Positions 20,906-30,911 are shown, counted from the stretch's first letter. The stretch is 64,000 bases of DNA from a candidate division FCPU426 bacterium (GCA_963738405.1 CAVTWJ010000009.1:96001-160000); one strand, 5' to 3'. The notes: a model not told the origin generated them from the sequence alone. Made by a program: numbers and translations.

Positions 20906-21379
20906 ATGAAATCGCCCCAATTCACTCAGGAAAAGATGGCCCGCTTCGAGCAATTGTGCCGGGAACAGGGTGTTCCCTTAACGGTTCAGCGCCGTGTGAT
21001 TTTGGAGTCCCTGGCCGTCCGAGAGGATCACCCTACCGCCGATCAAATTTTCGAGGATGTAGCTTCCAAACTTCCCGGTTTGTCCCGAACCACCATTTAC
21101 CGGGTTTTGGAAACCCTGGTGGGTTTGGGCGTCATCCATAAGGCGATCCACTTGGGTTCGGCCGCCCGATACGATCCCAATACCGAGCGGCATCACCATC
21201 TGACTTGTCTTTCCTGCCACCAAGTGGTGGATCTGGAAGAAGCCGCACTTCCTTCTTTGAAGCTTTCTTCCTCGAAGGCTGGGGATTTTGAGATTTTGGA
21301 TTACTCGGTGCATTTCCGGGGATATTGCAGGAATTGCGCTAAAAATAAAGCCCGTAATAAATTGCCTTCGCGGGCCTAA
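20906..21379 (+). CDS. Fur-family (PerR-like) transcriptional regulator
   Basis: HPTAD, TIYR, HHHLTCLSC, CRNC; upstream of ahpC. Confidence 0.9.
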   Translation: MKSPQFTQEKMARFEQLCREQGVPLTVQRRVILESLAVREDHPTADQIFEDVASKLPGLSRTTIYRVLETLVGLGVIHKAIHLGSAARYDPNTERHHHLTCLSCHQVVDLEEAALPSLKLSSSKAGDFEILDYSVHFRGYCRNCAKNKARNKLPSRA

Positions 21380-21548
21380 AAGAAGTTTCCGTTCCCTGCG
21401 GGATGACCGGATTTCCGGACTTTCCCCGTAGGAGGGATGGATATCAGGGAAAGGGCCTCCTCGGGAGGCCCGCCCAAAACAAACCGGCCTTGGTGGGGTG
21501 AAAACCGCCAGGGCCATAATCACCTGTTTATTATTCAAGGAGGACGTC

Positions 21549-22073
21549 ATGTCAGTTCAAGTGGGACAAAGAGCGCCGGATTTTCAGGGCCAGGCCCTTA
21601 TGCCGAACGGCGAATTCAAGGAAGTAAAGCTTTCCGACTACAAGGGCAAGTGGGTGGTGTTGTTCTTTTACCCGCTCGATTTCACCTTCGTCTGCCCGAC
21701 TGAAATCCAAGGCTTCAATGAGAAGTACGAGGAATTTAAAAAGATGGGGGCAGAAGTGATCACCTGCTCTACCGACAGCGTGTACAGCCACAAGGCTTGG
21801 CAGGAATCGCCCACCTTGGGCAAGCTGAAGTTCCCTCATTTGGCGGACACGGCGCACCATATTTCCCGCGCCTACGGCGTCTTGATCGAGGAGAAGGGTA
21901 TCGCCTTGCGCGGCACCTTCGTCATTGACCCCGAGGGGAATTTGAAACACGCCACCATCAACGATACGGCTGTCGGCCGCAACGTGGACGAAACGATCCG
22001 TACCTTGGCGGCTTTTGAGACCGGAAAATTGACAGGCTGCAATTGGACGCCTGGTTCCAAAACGCTGAATTAA
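21549..22073 (+). CDS. ahpC: Typical 2-Cys peroxiredoxin
   Basis: FYPLDFTFVCPTE, GRNVDE; AGGAGG RBS. Confidence 0.95.
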   Translation: MSVQVGQRAPDFQGQALMPNGEFKEVKLSDYKGKWVVLFFYPLDFTFVCPTEIQGFNEKYEEFKKMGAEVITCSTDSVYSHKAWQESPTLGKLKFPHLADTAHHISRAYGVLIEEKGIALRGTFVIDPEGNLKHATINDTAVGRNVDETIRTLAAFETGKLTGCNWTPGSKTLN

Positions 22074-22090
22074 ACTTTTATAGAAGGTAT

Positions 22091-22127
22091 AAAGGGGGGG
22101 CCTTTCGAGGTCTCCCCTTTTTTATTT
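22091..22127 (+). terminator. Rho-independent terminator after ahpC
   Basis: GGGGGGGCCT-TTCG-AGGTCTCCCC followed by a T tract. Confidence 0.8.
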
Positions 22128-22157
22128 CATTGTTAGATATAAAGCGAGGGCGTTCTT

Positions 22158-23288
22158 TTGATACTCATTTCAATTTTTGCGTACCTAGTTTCGGCTTGGA
22201 TGGTTTTTTGCGCATGGGAAAATATCCGATTTTTTGAAAGGGTTCCACCCACCGATGGGATTCAAAAGAAATGGCCGAAGGTTTCCATACTGATTCCTGC
22301 CCGCAACGAGGAAAAAAGAATCCGGCCCCTCATTGAAAGCCTCCTTCGACAGGATTATCCCAACTATGAAATTTTGGTTTTAGACGATAGGTCGACCGAC
22401 CAAACTTTGAAACTACTGCTCACCTACGCGCGAAAACACAAAAACTTAAGGGTGATAACGGGGAAGGAGCTTCCTTCAGGCTGGTTGGGCAAGCCCTGGG
22501 CCTGTCATCAACTATCCCAAAAAGCGAAAGGGGATTGGTTTCTTTATACCGACGCGGATACCTGGCATGGCCCAGACATGTTGAAGCGGTCGATTCAATT
22601 TTCCGAAAAAAAGAACGCGGACGCCCTTTCCCTGATGAACGAACAGGTCACGGAATCATGGATGGAAAAGTTGGTGGTGCCGGTAATGGTCTATTCGCTA
22701 GTGGCCTATCTGCCGGGTTCCTGGGCCTTGAATCCCCAAAGTCCATTTCGAAAATTCGCGGGAGTGGGAGGGCAATTTATTCTAGTCCGGAAAAAAGTCT
22801 ACAGGGACATTGGCGGACATTTTTCTGTCAAAAACGAAATAGTGGAAGATTTAAGTTTTGGAAGGGAATTGGTAAAAGGGAGTTATCGGGTCGTGTTGGG
22901 GAATGGAAGTGATTTCACTTTTTGCCGGATGTACGCGGATGCCCGGGAAGTTTGGGAAGGCTTTTCGAAAAACATGTTTCCGGCCGCAGGCTTTTCGCTT
23001 CCCCGTATGGCCGCAATACTGTTAGTGCTTCTTGGAATAGGCATCGCGCCCTTTATCGGTTTGACTTGGGGGAGCGCTTCCCCCTTATTTTTCCCTTGTC
23101 TGGCCCTGGTTTTATCTCAATGGGGCATCCGCCTGACTCATGCGGTTTGTTACAGAATGAACCGGATTTCCGTTTTATTCCATCCTTTGGGGTCGTTTCT
23201 CTTCGCCCTCATCGGAATCAACTCAATTCTATGGTTTTGGCTGGGCCGAGGACGATGGAAAGGAAGAAAGCTAGGATTGCCGTCCTAG
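22158..23288 (+). CDS. GT2 glycosyltransferase (carotenoid glycosyltransferase-like)
   Basis: IPARNEE, DDRSTD, GWLGKPWAC, TDAD, IVED, C-terminal WKGR. Confidence 0.85.
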   Translation: MILISIFAYLVSAWMVFCAWENIRFFERVPPTDGIQKKWPKVSILIPARNEEKRIRPLIESLLRQDYPNYEILVLDDRSTDQTLKLLLTYARKHKNLRVITGKELPSGWLGKPWACHQLSQKAKGDWFLYTDADTWHGPDMLKRSIQFSEKKNADALSLMNEQVTESWMEKLVVPVMVYSLVAYLPGSWALNPQSPFRKFAGVGGQFILVRKKVYRDIGGHFSVKNEIVEDLSFGRELVKGSYRVVLGNGSDFTFCRMYADAREVWEGFSKNMFPAAGFSLPRMAAILLVLLGIGIAPFIGLTWGSASPLFFPCLALVLSQWGIRLTHAVCYRMNRISVLFHPLGSFLFALIGINSILWFWLGRGRWKGRKLGLPS

Positions 23289-23302
23289 GGTAAATCGGTC
23301 AT

Positions 23303-23752
23303 TTATTTAGAAGATGGCGGGGTTTGCTTCTTTTTGGCAATTTCTTGCTGAACCATATGGATCCAATCCTTCACATCGGGCCCATGGCTTGCCGATGGGG
23401 GTGTTGGGATCAATGGCCTGCTGATAGGGCTTTTAGAAGGACTGGGGGAAGCGGTTCGAGCCGTTTCACGAGTGATATCCACATAGGTTTTCTGAAGGTC
23501 TTCCAAAACCTCCCTCAATACCTTTTTTTCCTCAATGTTCAGGTTTCCGGAGGTCTTTTTAACAAGCGAGGTAATCATATTTATGGTGATACGGGCGCGC
23601 GCTAGGTTGAGGTCTTTGTCTTTGTAATAAGGGTGGGGAATCTCGCCCAAGTCGATTTTGACCGAGGAAGCCAGCATGACGACTAAGTCAATGAAGTAGT
23701 AATCGGTAATACCCCAGTCCCGATTATTTTTTGATTGAAGGGGTTCGGCCAT
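23303..23752 (-). CDS. DUF1844-family protein
   Basis: LGEIPHP...AR.TI.M...KT.GNL..EE. Confidence 0.7.
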   Translation of the reverse strand: MAEPLQSKNNRDWGITDYYFIDLVVMLASSVKIDLGEIPHPYYKDKDLNLARARITINMITSLVKKTSGNLNIEEKKVLREVLEDLQKTYVDITRETARTASPSPSKSPISRPLIPTPPSASHGPDVKDWIHMVQQEIAKKKQTPPSSK

Positions 23753-23797
23753 TTGAAAACTCCCTAAAAAGGCGATTTGGGGGAATTGGATAAATCT

Positions 23798-24433
23798 TTA
23801 ATCCCTATCGCCGCAAAACATCCGAACAGCATCAACCCAGGCATTATCGTCACCGCCGGTTTTTCCCTGAATTTGATGATAATCCTGTTTGGATAGGAAT
23901 TCATTCAAATCTTTTTTGAGGTTTTCCAGGGCTCTTAAGGCTGTTTCTTGAAAATCTTTCAATAAAGGTTTGGAGGGCATTTGGCGAAGGACGGTTTTCA
24001 AATGGGGCAGGCAAAGGATCCCCTTTTCCTTAAAAACACTTCTCAGTTGATCGGATCGGAGCCAACTATGGGCGAATTGATTGGAATAGACCCGGTCGCA
24101 GGAGGATTCGGATTCGCAAATGGGACAGATTTTTTTTTGCAAGATACGCCAAAACCTGGGCGGGCGTTGGAATGCCTCGAGTTCCTTATCCCATAGTCCT
24201 GAATAAATGGCCGCCATGCTTAGGGATTGGCGCTGTTGAACTCCCTGCCATGCGTGACGCCGACAGAAACCCTTGGAAAAGTAAAGGCGGTCGCGGGTGT
24301 GGGGATCGGTGATGCTTTCATCCAAGAGGGATTTTAAATGGTCAAAGCCGTATTGACGCACAAGAAAACAAAGGGGACAGCGTCTGGGTTGAAGAGCTTC
24401 GATAAACCGTTCAGGATCCGACGGAACGGTCAT
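23798..24433 (-). CDS. DUF6062-like Cys-rich protein
   Basis: CPLC, GFCRRH, CPIC, LCLPH. Confidence 0.65.
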   Translation of the reverse strand: MTVPSDPERFIEALQPRRCPLCFLVRQYGFDHLKSLLDESITDPHTRDRLYFSKGFCRRHAWQGVQQRQSLSMAAIYSGLWDKELEAFQRPPRFWRILQKKICPICESESSCDRVYSNQFAHSWLRSDQLRSVFKEKGILCLPHLKTVLRQMPSKPLLKDFQETALRALENLKKDLNEFLSKQDYHQIQGKTGGDDNAWVDAVRMFCGDRD

Positions 24434-24452
24434 TAGGCGATCCTGAAAGGGG

Positions 24453-25082
24453 TTAAAAGAGTTTTCGGTTCCAGAAAGAGGTCTTTTTTGATTCGGTCAG
24501 GTTTCTCCTGGCGGTGAAACCACTCACCGGAGACAGCCCGCCCACAGGCGGCTGGGGCTGGTAAGGAGTTTCATCCTCGCGACGATGAGACCAATACCAA
24601 TAGGCCCCTCCGCCTAGAACCGCGAGAACAATCAGCCAAATGAACCAATGGGAACCTTTAGGCTTGTTATTCGTGCTGGCATCCATGGGGGGTTGGGATT
24701 GTTGGGAAGACGTGGGGGTGGAGTTACTCGAAATCGCGGCGCTTGTCTCGGGTGTGGGGGTCGTGATCACCTGGACGGTTTGCACCGACTGCGGACCCTT
24801 AACCCTTGCGATTTTTTCCTTGTAGGAACGGGCGACTGATCTTTCAACGGGACGGTTTGGCGTATCAAAGTTAAAGCCCGTCTTTGGGTTGGAGGAAACT
24901 TCGGAACCGTTTGGAGAGGGTCCCATATTGATTGCGGCATTAGGCGTAGCGGAGGTTTCGGCATTTAGAACAGTTTCAGGGGTTTTTTGCCCTTTGATTT
25001 CATTGCCGCCACAAGCCGGTAATAATAAAGTGCAAGCGATCAAAAGCAGGAACGATGGCATGAGAGAAAAATAGCGGTTCAA
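24453..25082 (-). CDS. Hypothetical lipoprotein-like membrane protein
   Basis: LPAC lipobox-like motif, low-complexity linker, C-terminal TM. Confidence 0.6.
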   Translation of the reverse strand: MNRYFSLMPSFLLLIACTLLLPACGGNEIKGQKTPETVLNAETSATPNAAINMGPSPNGSEVSSNPKTGFNFDTPNRPVERSVARSYKEKIARVKGPQSVQTVQVITTPTPETSAAISSNSTPTSSQQSQPPMDASTNNKPKGSHWFIWLIVLAVLGGGAYWYWSHRREDETPYQPQPPVGGLSPVSGFTARRNLTESKKTSFWNRKLF

Positions 25083-25248
25083 AAAAGACTCCCTGAAAAT
25101 CGATTTTTCTTATTTTAACTTAATATTTGCCGAAACTGGAGAAGGAAATGAAGCTGAGGGACACCATACCTGGGGTTCGAACCTTACTGCAAAGGATATG
25201 CAGTAGGAAAAGGAACAATGTTTTCTGTGGCAGGAATAATTGAAAATA

Positions 25249-25340
25249 TGGCGGAGAGGGAGGGATTCGAACCCTCGAGAGGGTGTTACCCCTCCAACGG
25301 TTTAGCAAACCGTCGCCTTAAGCCGCTCGGCCACCTCTCC
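25249..25340 (-). tRNA. tRNA-Ser(GCT)
   Basis: GGAGAGG...ACGGT-TTGCTAA-ACCGT, long variable arm, TTCGAATCC, encoded CCA. Confidence 0.95.
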
Positions 25341-25410
25341 ACGCGGTAAGAAATGATTCAAACGCGATGCACCCTTAAAGGTGGAGTCGCGTAAAATTTT
25401 TTAAAATGAT

Positions 25411-25497
25411 TGGCGGAGGGTGCAGGACTCGAACCTGCAAGGGGTTTCCCCCGGTGGATTTCAAGTCCACTGCCTTACCAATTAGGACTAACCCTCC
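25411..25497 (-). tRNA. tRNA-Ser(TGA), integration target
   Basis: GGAGGGT...GTGGA-CTTGAAA-TCCAC...GTTCGAGTCC...CCA. Confidence 0.95.
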
Positions 25498-25498
25498 A
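25458..25498. repeat. att core repeat, 41 bp (5' half of tRNA-Ser-TGA)
   Basis: Identical to 50641..50681. Confidence 0.96.
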
Positions 25499-25509
25499 TC
25501 TCCACTAAA

Positions 25510-25537
25510 ACCTTACGGCACAATGTTTTCGAATCAA
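25510..25537 (-). promoter_or_regulatory. Putative island-supplied promoter for the tRNA pair
   Basis: TTGATT-16 bp-TAAGGT, 12 nt before the tRNA 5' end. Confidence 0.45.
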
Positions 25538-26637
25538 GCGCCAAACCCTTGGGCCTTCGGAAACCCTTCCGGTGTCATTCCCGTGTCATTCAACTTCCGG
25601 ACACGACTCAAGGCTTCCTTGCGGTCGCCCCGGTCGATACGGTCGTACTTCCTGAAGACCGCGTACGTCTTGTGTCCTGAGATCGACATGATCGTGGAAT
25701 CACTCACCCCGGCTTTCCGGAAGTTCGTAACCGCGCAGTGCCGTAAATCATGGAAATGAAAGTCCGTGATATTAGCACGCTGGCACGCCCTGAGGAAAGC
25801 GGTTTTAGGGTCTTTCAACCCATGGCCACGGAAATTGAAGACATAGGGACTGCCCAAGACCTTGGGAACCTTCCTGAAAAGGTCGATCAAACCCTCATCC
25901 AGGGGAATTTCCCGTGCTTCCTGGGTTTTGGTATCCTCGGACTTCAAGGTGATGATATTTTCCTTCAAGTCCACCTGATCCCACTTCAACCCAGTGATCT
26001 CGCCCCGCCTCATGCCCGTGACGTAAGCTAACTGCACGACGGGCCTGTAATGCGAGGAGCAGTTCTCCAAGAGCCTCTGGAATTCCTCCGGGGTTAATGT
26101 CCGGTTCCTCGAAGTCTCCCGGAACATCCTGACGCCTTCCACCGGATTCCGTTCGATCTTCCTGTCCAGCACCGCCCTACGGGCGATGGTCTTCAGGCAG
26201 GCAATCTCTCGGTTCAAGGTGGAGCCCTTCAGGCTCTTTCCCTTTTCCTCGGCCTTCTTCTTCCGTTGGGTCAGGTAGTCTTCCACCAAACTTGGCGTCA
26301 AGCTTTCCAGGGTTCGCCCCCCGAAAAAGGCCCTCAAGGCCTTCACCGAATGAGTATCCCTGATGAAGCTTTTTTTCCTCGCCTCCGAAAAGGCCAGGAA
26401 GGAATCCGCCGCTTCGTCGAAGCTCACTTTAGGTTTGTCGTTGGGCAGAAATTCCTCCGCCACGATCTCCTTCATGTGCTCCGCCAAAATCCGCTTGGCT
26501 TGGACCTGGGGTATCAGGCCTAACCTAACCCTCTTGCGCTTTCTTAAACCCCCTTCCTTGACGAAATAATCCAGGAAATACCCCTTACCATCCTTGCGGA
26601 GGTGTTGGGGCAATCCATGAACATTAGGTTTGCTCAT
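25534..26637 (-). CDS. int: Tyrosine recombinase/integrase
   Basis: TGMRRGEI, KT, HDLRH, SGHKT...Y. Confidence 0.95.
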   Translation of the reverse strand: MSKPNVHGLPQHLRKDGKGYFLDYFVKEGGLRKRKRVRLGLIPQVQAKRILAEHMKEIVAEEFLPNDKPKVSFDEAADSFLAFSEARKKSFIRDTHSVKALRAFFGGRTLESLTPSLVEDYLTQRKKKAEEKGKSLKGSTLNREIACLKTIARRAVLDRKIERNPVEGVRMFRETSRNRTLTPEEFQRLLENCSSHYRPVVQLAYVTGMRRGEITGLKWDQVDLKENIITLKSEDTKTQEAREIPLDEGLIDLFRKVPKVLGSPYVFNFRGHGLKDPKTAFLRACQRANITDFHFHDLRHCAVTNFRKAGVSDSTIMSISGHKTYAVFRKYDRIDRGDRKEALSRVRKLNDTGMTPEGFPKAQGFGA

Positions 26638-26891
26638 AACTGCCTCCTAATGTCCCCAGCACTTTGCATTTTATCAGCCCCTAAGGGGGAATAGGTAAGG
26701 GGTTTTTGAAAGACCCTAAGGAAAACCGAATACCAGACCCTGGGGAATTTTCCGACCTTCACAAAGGGAAGCATCCCCGCCTGCCGCCAATGCCGGACGG
26801 TATGGGGGGACACCTTAGCCAACTCAGCCACTTGCTCTTCAGTCAATAGATAGTCCTGAAACCGACGGTCATTCTTCCTGCGGTCTTCCAT
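26634..26891 (-). CDS. HTH_17 excisionase-like protein
   Basis: LLTEEQVAELAKVSPHTVRHW...LPFVKVG; overlaps the int start; GGAGG RBS. Confidence 0.85.
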   Translation of the reverse strand: MEDRRKNDRRFQDYLLTEEQVAELAKVSPHTVRHWRQAGMLPFVKVGKFPRVWYSVFLRVFQKPLTYSPLGADKMQSAGDIRRQL

Positions 26892-27252
26892 GTCTTGCCT
26901 CCGCAAATAAGATTTAAAAATAAAGACCCCGAAGGGGTCCTACCTTCAGGGAAAAGGGTGAAAAACCCCGCCGGTCCCGTCAGGGACATGCAGGGGGGTT
27001 TTTCACGGTGTTGCTGTTCGACGTACGCCTTTGCTTCTTCTTTAACTTCTAATATCTTCACGCCCGCGCCCGCGTTTACTTGGTTGTTAGAGATGCCAGC
27101 CCCCACTACCGAATTCCAGTTATCAAGTATTGATACTGGGGGAGTGGGGGCTGGCGTCGAAGAACAACCAAACTCTTTGTAAACGCGGGCGTTTCCTTCG
27201 ATTTTGGGTTGAGTCTGACTCAACCTCTGACTCAAGTTTTGAGACCCCTTAT

Positions 27253-28149
27253 TCATGCCGTTTGTCTCGTTGGGTTATCCCCGGTTTGGGGGTTCTTGAG
27301 GATGGGGTCTTTCACGAAGGGTAGGTACTCTCCGTCCAGGTTGACCCAAGGCACCTGCCGGAAGGGAATCCGGGTCACCTTCTCAAAGAAGGAAAAGCCC
27401 CAAAGCCCACGTCTCCGGGGGTCACCCTTCAGGAAAGTCTCCAACCCTTCTAGCATCCTCACCGCATGGGCCTTATCCCGGCTGACCACCAGCCGGAAGG
27501 CGGTGGGGAAGTCCCGGTCGAGGTTGAGGACCATGGCGGTCATCTTGTCCCGGTTGTAGGAGGTATGCTCGTACTCCAGGACAAAGCCATAAGCCTTGCC
27601 CTCCAGGGTGGCTTCGAAGTACCCGTCTGGTGTACGGTCATGGACCCGGTGAAGCTTGGCCCCGGCCAGGTCCCAACCCCGGCCCTGGCATAGGGCCCTC
27701 TTCCAGGCCATCTTCAACCCACACCGCATTTCGTAGTCCGAAAGCCAGGTCAGCCCTTCCAGCCCCCCGCCCTCCTCAATTTGAATACGCATAGCAAGCA
27801 CCCGCTTGTCATGCTCCCTTTCAAAGAGGTTGATATGGGGGGATCGGATTTCGGGGGAGGTAAGGATTCGGGCTATCCCCGCCAGGTGCTTCAAGGCCGG
27901 ACGGGTCAGGCAATAGAAAGAGTCCTCGTTGGGAAGTTTCCTTGACCTTAAAACCAACCCCTTTTCCACCATGCGGTTCAAATGAAGGCAGGCGGTCCAA
28001 AGGGAATGGTTGGGGTGGAACTTCCTATGGAAAAGGTTGGTGGTGATGAATTTGTTGGAATGGATATAGGCCAGGGTATCCACGTCTCTGGGGTCCAGGG
28101 ACAGGATAAAGCCAGCCGGTTTCGGGGTGGGGGTTGGATTAGGCAACAT
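27253..28149 (-). CDS. Replication-relaxation (Replic_Relax) family relaxase
   Basis: N-terminal wHTH (RD..L), HD, PDG, LEYE; downstream of the coupling protein. Confidence 0.7.
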   Translation of the reverse strand: MLPNPTPTPKPAGFILSLDPRDVDTLAYIHSNKFITTNLFHRKFHPNHSLWTACLHLNRMVEKGLVLRSRKLPNEDSFYCLTRPALKHLAGIARILTSPEIRSPHINLFEREHDKRVLAMRIQIEEGGGLEGLTWLSDYEMRCGLKMAWKRALCQGRGWDLAGAKLHRVHDRTPDGYFEATLEGKAYGFVLEYEHTSYNRDKMTAMVLNLDRDFPTAFRLVVSRDKAHAVRMLEGLETFLKGDPRRRGLWGFSFFEKVTRIPFRQVPWVNLDGEYLPFVKDPILKNPQTGDNPTRQTA

Positions 28150-29950
28150 ATTCGTCCCCCATGAAGTCATTGTGACGCTTGGGGCCTTTGCCTTGCGTTC
28201 CGCCTTCCCCTTCCTTTATCAATTCAGGAATAGAACTTTCGTTCTTCCGGTTCCTATGGATGCTTGAATCCGTGGAATAAAAGGGTTGGTAATCCGCAGG
28301 GGCAGTTTCGGCGGGGTTCAAATTGACCTTCCCGACCTTTACCCCACCGTTATCCATGATCCGGACAATGGCTTGGCCCACCATCAGCTCCTTGATCTGG
28401 TTGGGGTGGACACGGAACTTCTCCACCTGGGGTTTGGAATACCCGGCCATCTGGCCCTGGGAATTGTAGCTTTCCGTTCTGTATTCAGTATCCCGTTCGG
28501 TCCCGATCTGCCGGGCAAAGATCTCGGCTGTGTCGGGGTCGTTGACCCTGAGGATGATCTTGTTGCTGGCGGTATTCATGACCTGTTCCAAGAACTCAGG
28601 GGATACCCACCTAAGGTCACCCATAGACTGGTGGGCTAAAAAGAGGTTCACCTTGGCTTCGCGGCACTTGTTAATGAAGTCGATGAACTTCGGATAGGCG
28701 ATGTTGTAGAACTCGTCCAGAAAAACCCGGAAAGGCTTGTCGGGGATCTCCTTATACCGGTCGGACAATTGCTCGGCCAAATCCATCATGGCGAGAATAC
28801 AAAGGGGTTTGGAGTCCTCGGGATACCGGGCCGAATCCGGTGAAAAAAGAAAGATTTGGCCATACTCTAAAATGCTCTTCATCCGAATACTCGGTTTGCG
28901 GACATTGAGCAAATAGGACCATTCGCTATTGCAGAACCTTTGAAGCTTGGTGACCAAGCCGGAAAGTTCTGTCCTGCGGTCTTTAGGTGATTTACCCAGC
29001 CATTGGTCACGAAAGTACCGCGCATAACCGGTATCTGGGTATCTTGCGCAAAACCATGAGATTGTCCTGAAGGTGTCCACTTCCTGGGTTGCGGTCAATA
29101 AGTCCTGAAAGGTGATGGTTTCTATCTTTAGCTTGAGCAATCCGATCAAGTTATGAAGAAAGGCTTCCGCTAATTTGACGTAATAGGGCTCGGTGTTTTG
29201 TGTGTCGTAGTACAAGGCTGTAAAAACTCGGTTGGCGATTGCGTCCGGATTGTCGCCAAAGAGGGGGTTATAGGTGTTTGATTTGGTAGGTTCGGCTAAT
29301 GAAAATAAATACTGGGCTGTTTTTTGCTGTTTAGAGCCGTAGTAAGAAATGTCCTTATACATGTTCGACTTAACATCGAGAATGAAACATCCGACTCTTT
29401 GCTCGATGGTCTGTTGAATAAAAGGTTTGATGACGTAATGGGTTTTACCAGTGCCCGTTCCACCGATGATTTGGGTGTTTTCATGAAGGGCGGATGTGGA
29501 AATCCCAATTTTCTTTTTCTTGTCCAAGAAGAGTGGGTAATCGCCCAATCGTTTGTTGATATTGGGAGTTCCATTTGGCTCCCAATAGAGGAAGAAAACT
29601 CCCATTGCGGCTGTTGATACGATAAGACCGACATGGGGGAGATCGTAATAATCAGTAATGGGGTCCAATAAACTTATGGCTGCGGAACCACACGCCGCGA
29701 TTTTAGTGAACCAAAAGATGTTCTCAGAATGCCGTAAGTAGTAAAAAATTCCATAAGAGATAGGGAATAACCAAAAAGGGAATGGGCCAAGGTGCAAACT
29801 GTTGATGAATTCGTTTCTGGGTAGGAAAGGGTTCTCTAAAGGTGCCATGCCTATGTAAGGCCGAACAATGTTTAAGAGAACAAAAAAATAGGGTGGAGCC
29901 AACAACATAAGAATGATCTGGTTGATAATCTTCTTTTCTTCGAATCTCAT
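28139..29950 (-). CDS. Type IV coupling protein (TrwB/TraD/VirD4-like)
   Basis: N-terminal TMs, GGTGTGKT, LDVK, YNPL, FLDEF, AHQS. Confidence 0.88.
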   Translation of the reverse strand: MRFEEKKIINQIILMLLAPPYFFVLLNIVRPYIGMAPLENPFLPRNEFINSLHLGPFPFWLFPISYGIFYYLRHSENIFWFTKIAACGSAAISLLDPITDYYDLPHVGLIVSTAAMGVFFLYWEPNGTPNINKRLGDYPLFLDKKKKIGISTSALHENTQIIGGTGTGKTHYVIKPFIQQTIEQRVGCFILDVKSNMYKDISYYGSKQQKTAQYLFSLAEPTKSNTYNPLFGDNPDAIANRVFTALYYDTQNTEPYYVKLAEAFLHNLIGLLKLKIETITFQDLLTATQEVDTFRTISWFCARYPDTGYARYFRDQWLGKSPKDRRTELSGLVTKLQRFCNSEWSYLLNVRKPSIRMKSILEYGQIFLFSPDSARYPEDSKPLCILAMMDLAEQLSDRYKEIPDKPFRVFLDEFYNIAYPKFIDFINKCREAKVNLFLAHQSMGDLRWVSPEFLEQVMNTASNKIILRVNDPDTAEIFARQIGTERDTEYRTESYNSQGQMAGYSKPQVEKFRVHPNQIKELMVGQAIVRIMDNGGVKVGKVNLNPAETAPADYQPFYSTDSSIHRNRKNESSIPELIKEGEGGTQGKGPKRHNDFMGDEYVA

Positions 29951-30006
29951 ACCGCACCTGGCTTTCCGGAAAACTTCCGAGCAAAGCCTGGCGGGTATCC
30001 GCCAAG

Positions 30007-30210
30007 CTATTGCTTGCGGGTTTCCCAATCAGATTTGCGGCGCTTCCCAAGGTATTGGGCTTCTATAGCCCTCTGAATCAAGTCGGTCCTAGTTCTACCA
30101 GACCGCTTTTGCTCCGCCTCAAGAGCTGTAACTAAATCCGGCAAGAGACGAAGAATGATTCGAATTCCACCTTTGGGTTTAGGGCCGCGATTATTCTTCT
30201 GCATGGGCAT
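30007..30210 (-). CDS. Ribbon-helix-helix (CopG-like) protein
   Basis: IILRL...L....RSGRTRTDLIQRAI. Confidence 0.75.
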   Translation of the reverse strand: MPMQKNNRGPKPKGGIRIILRLLPDLVTALEAEQKRSGRTRTDLIQRAIEAQYLGKRRKSDWETRKQ

Positions 30211-30369
30211 AAATTTATTCCAGCCTTTCTAAAACGTCAAAAGTATTATGATATATCCTATATATCAGTGATATCAGTTGGCAAACTTAAAAATTACGGG
30301 TTTTAAGGTTTTTTTAGGGGTCGGTACAAAAACTTATATATCAGGGATGAAGATTTATTATTAAGAAAT

Positions 30370-30900
30370 TCACTTTTGCTTTTTAATTAAAAATGCGACG
30401 TCTTTGCCACCCTCATATTCATCATGAATACGAATGATTTCACTTTTTAAGATTTGCCGAATGTCGTATTGATCGGGAGAAAACATTCCCCCGTAAAGAA
30501 TAAGTTCTTTTTCATTCATAGCCACAACAAGAAAGGTGTGCCAAATATTTTTGTTGTAGGGTGGTTGAGACAAGGAAATTAGTAAAGGAATCTTTTGAGA
30601 GACGATATCCTCAATAAACTTAATCTTTTTATTCCCATCCCCTTTATCAAAAGTTTTTTCTGTAAAACTGACAAAAGGATATTTTTGATTGATTGCGTTG
30701 GCGACACTGCCAAAACTATTAAAGTGCAATTCGTCGGGTTTTCTGTCTTTGTCTAAATCAAAATCGTCTTGAAAGCTTTCGTAATTTATTCCTTTTACTT
30801 CTGCTGCTCTAAGGATTATTTCATACCCTGTTGGCACACAACCAGTTTGTGGCCGTTTTTGAGGTACTACGTATTTTTTCCATTCTGGTATGTACCCGAT
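30370..30900 (-). CDS. Papain-like (C39-like) peptidase; start uncertain
   Basis: In-frame extension upstream of GTG 30837 gives PQKRPQTGC; WHTFLVV downstream. Confidence 0.5.
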   Translation of the reverse strand: MGYIPEWKKYVVPQKRPQTGCVPTGYEIILRAAEVKGINYESFQDDFDLDKDRKPDELHFNSFGSVANAINQKYPFVSFTEKTFDKGDGNKKIKFIEDIVSQKIPLLISLSQPPYNKNIWHTFLVVAMNEKELILYGGMFSPDQYDIRQILKSEIIRIHDEYEGGKDVAFLIKKQK

Positions 30901-30911
30901 TTTTGATTTTC

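Noticed and set aside
25411..25497. tRNA-Sec or opal suppressor
   Set aside because: The anticodon is TGA on the - strand (reads UCA, Ser); the TCA seen on + is its complement
26843..27256. 137-aa ORF as a real gene
   Set aside because: No recognisable motif; overlaps xis and several strong hairpins; only the ATGA overlap supports it
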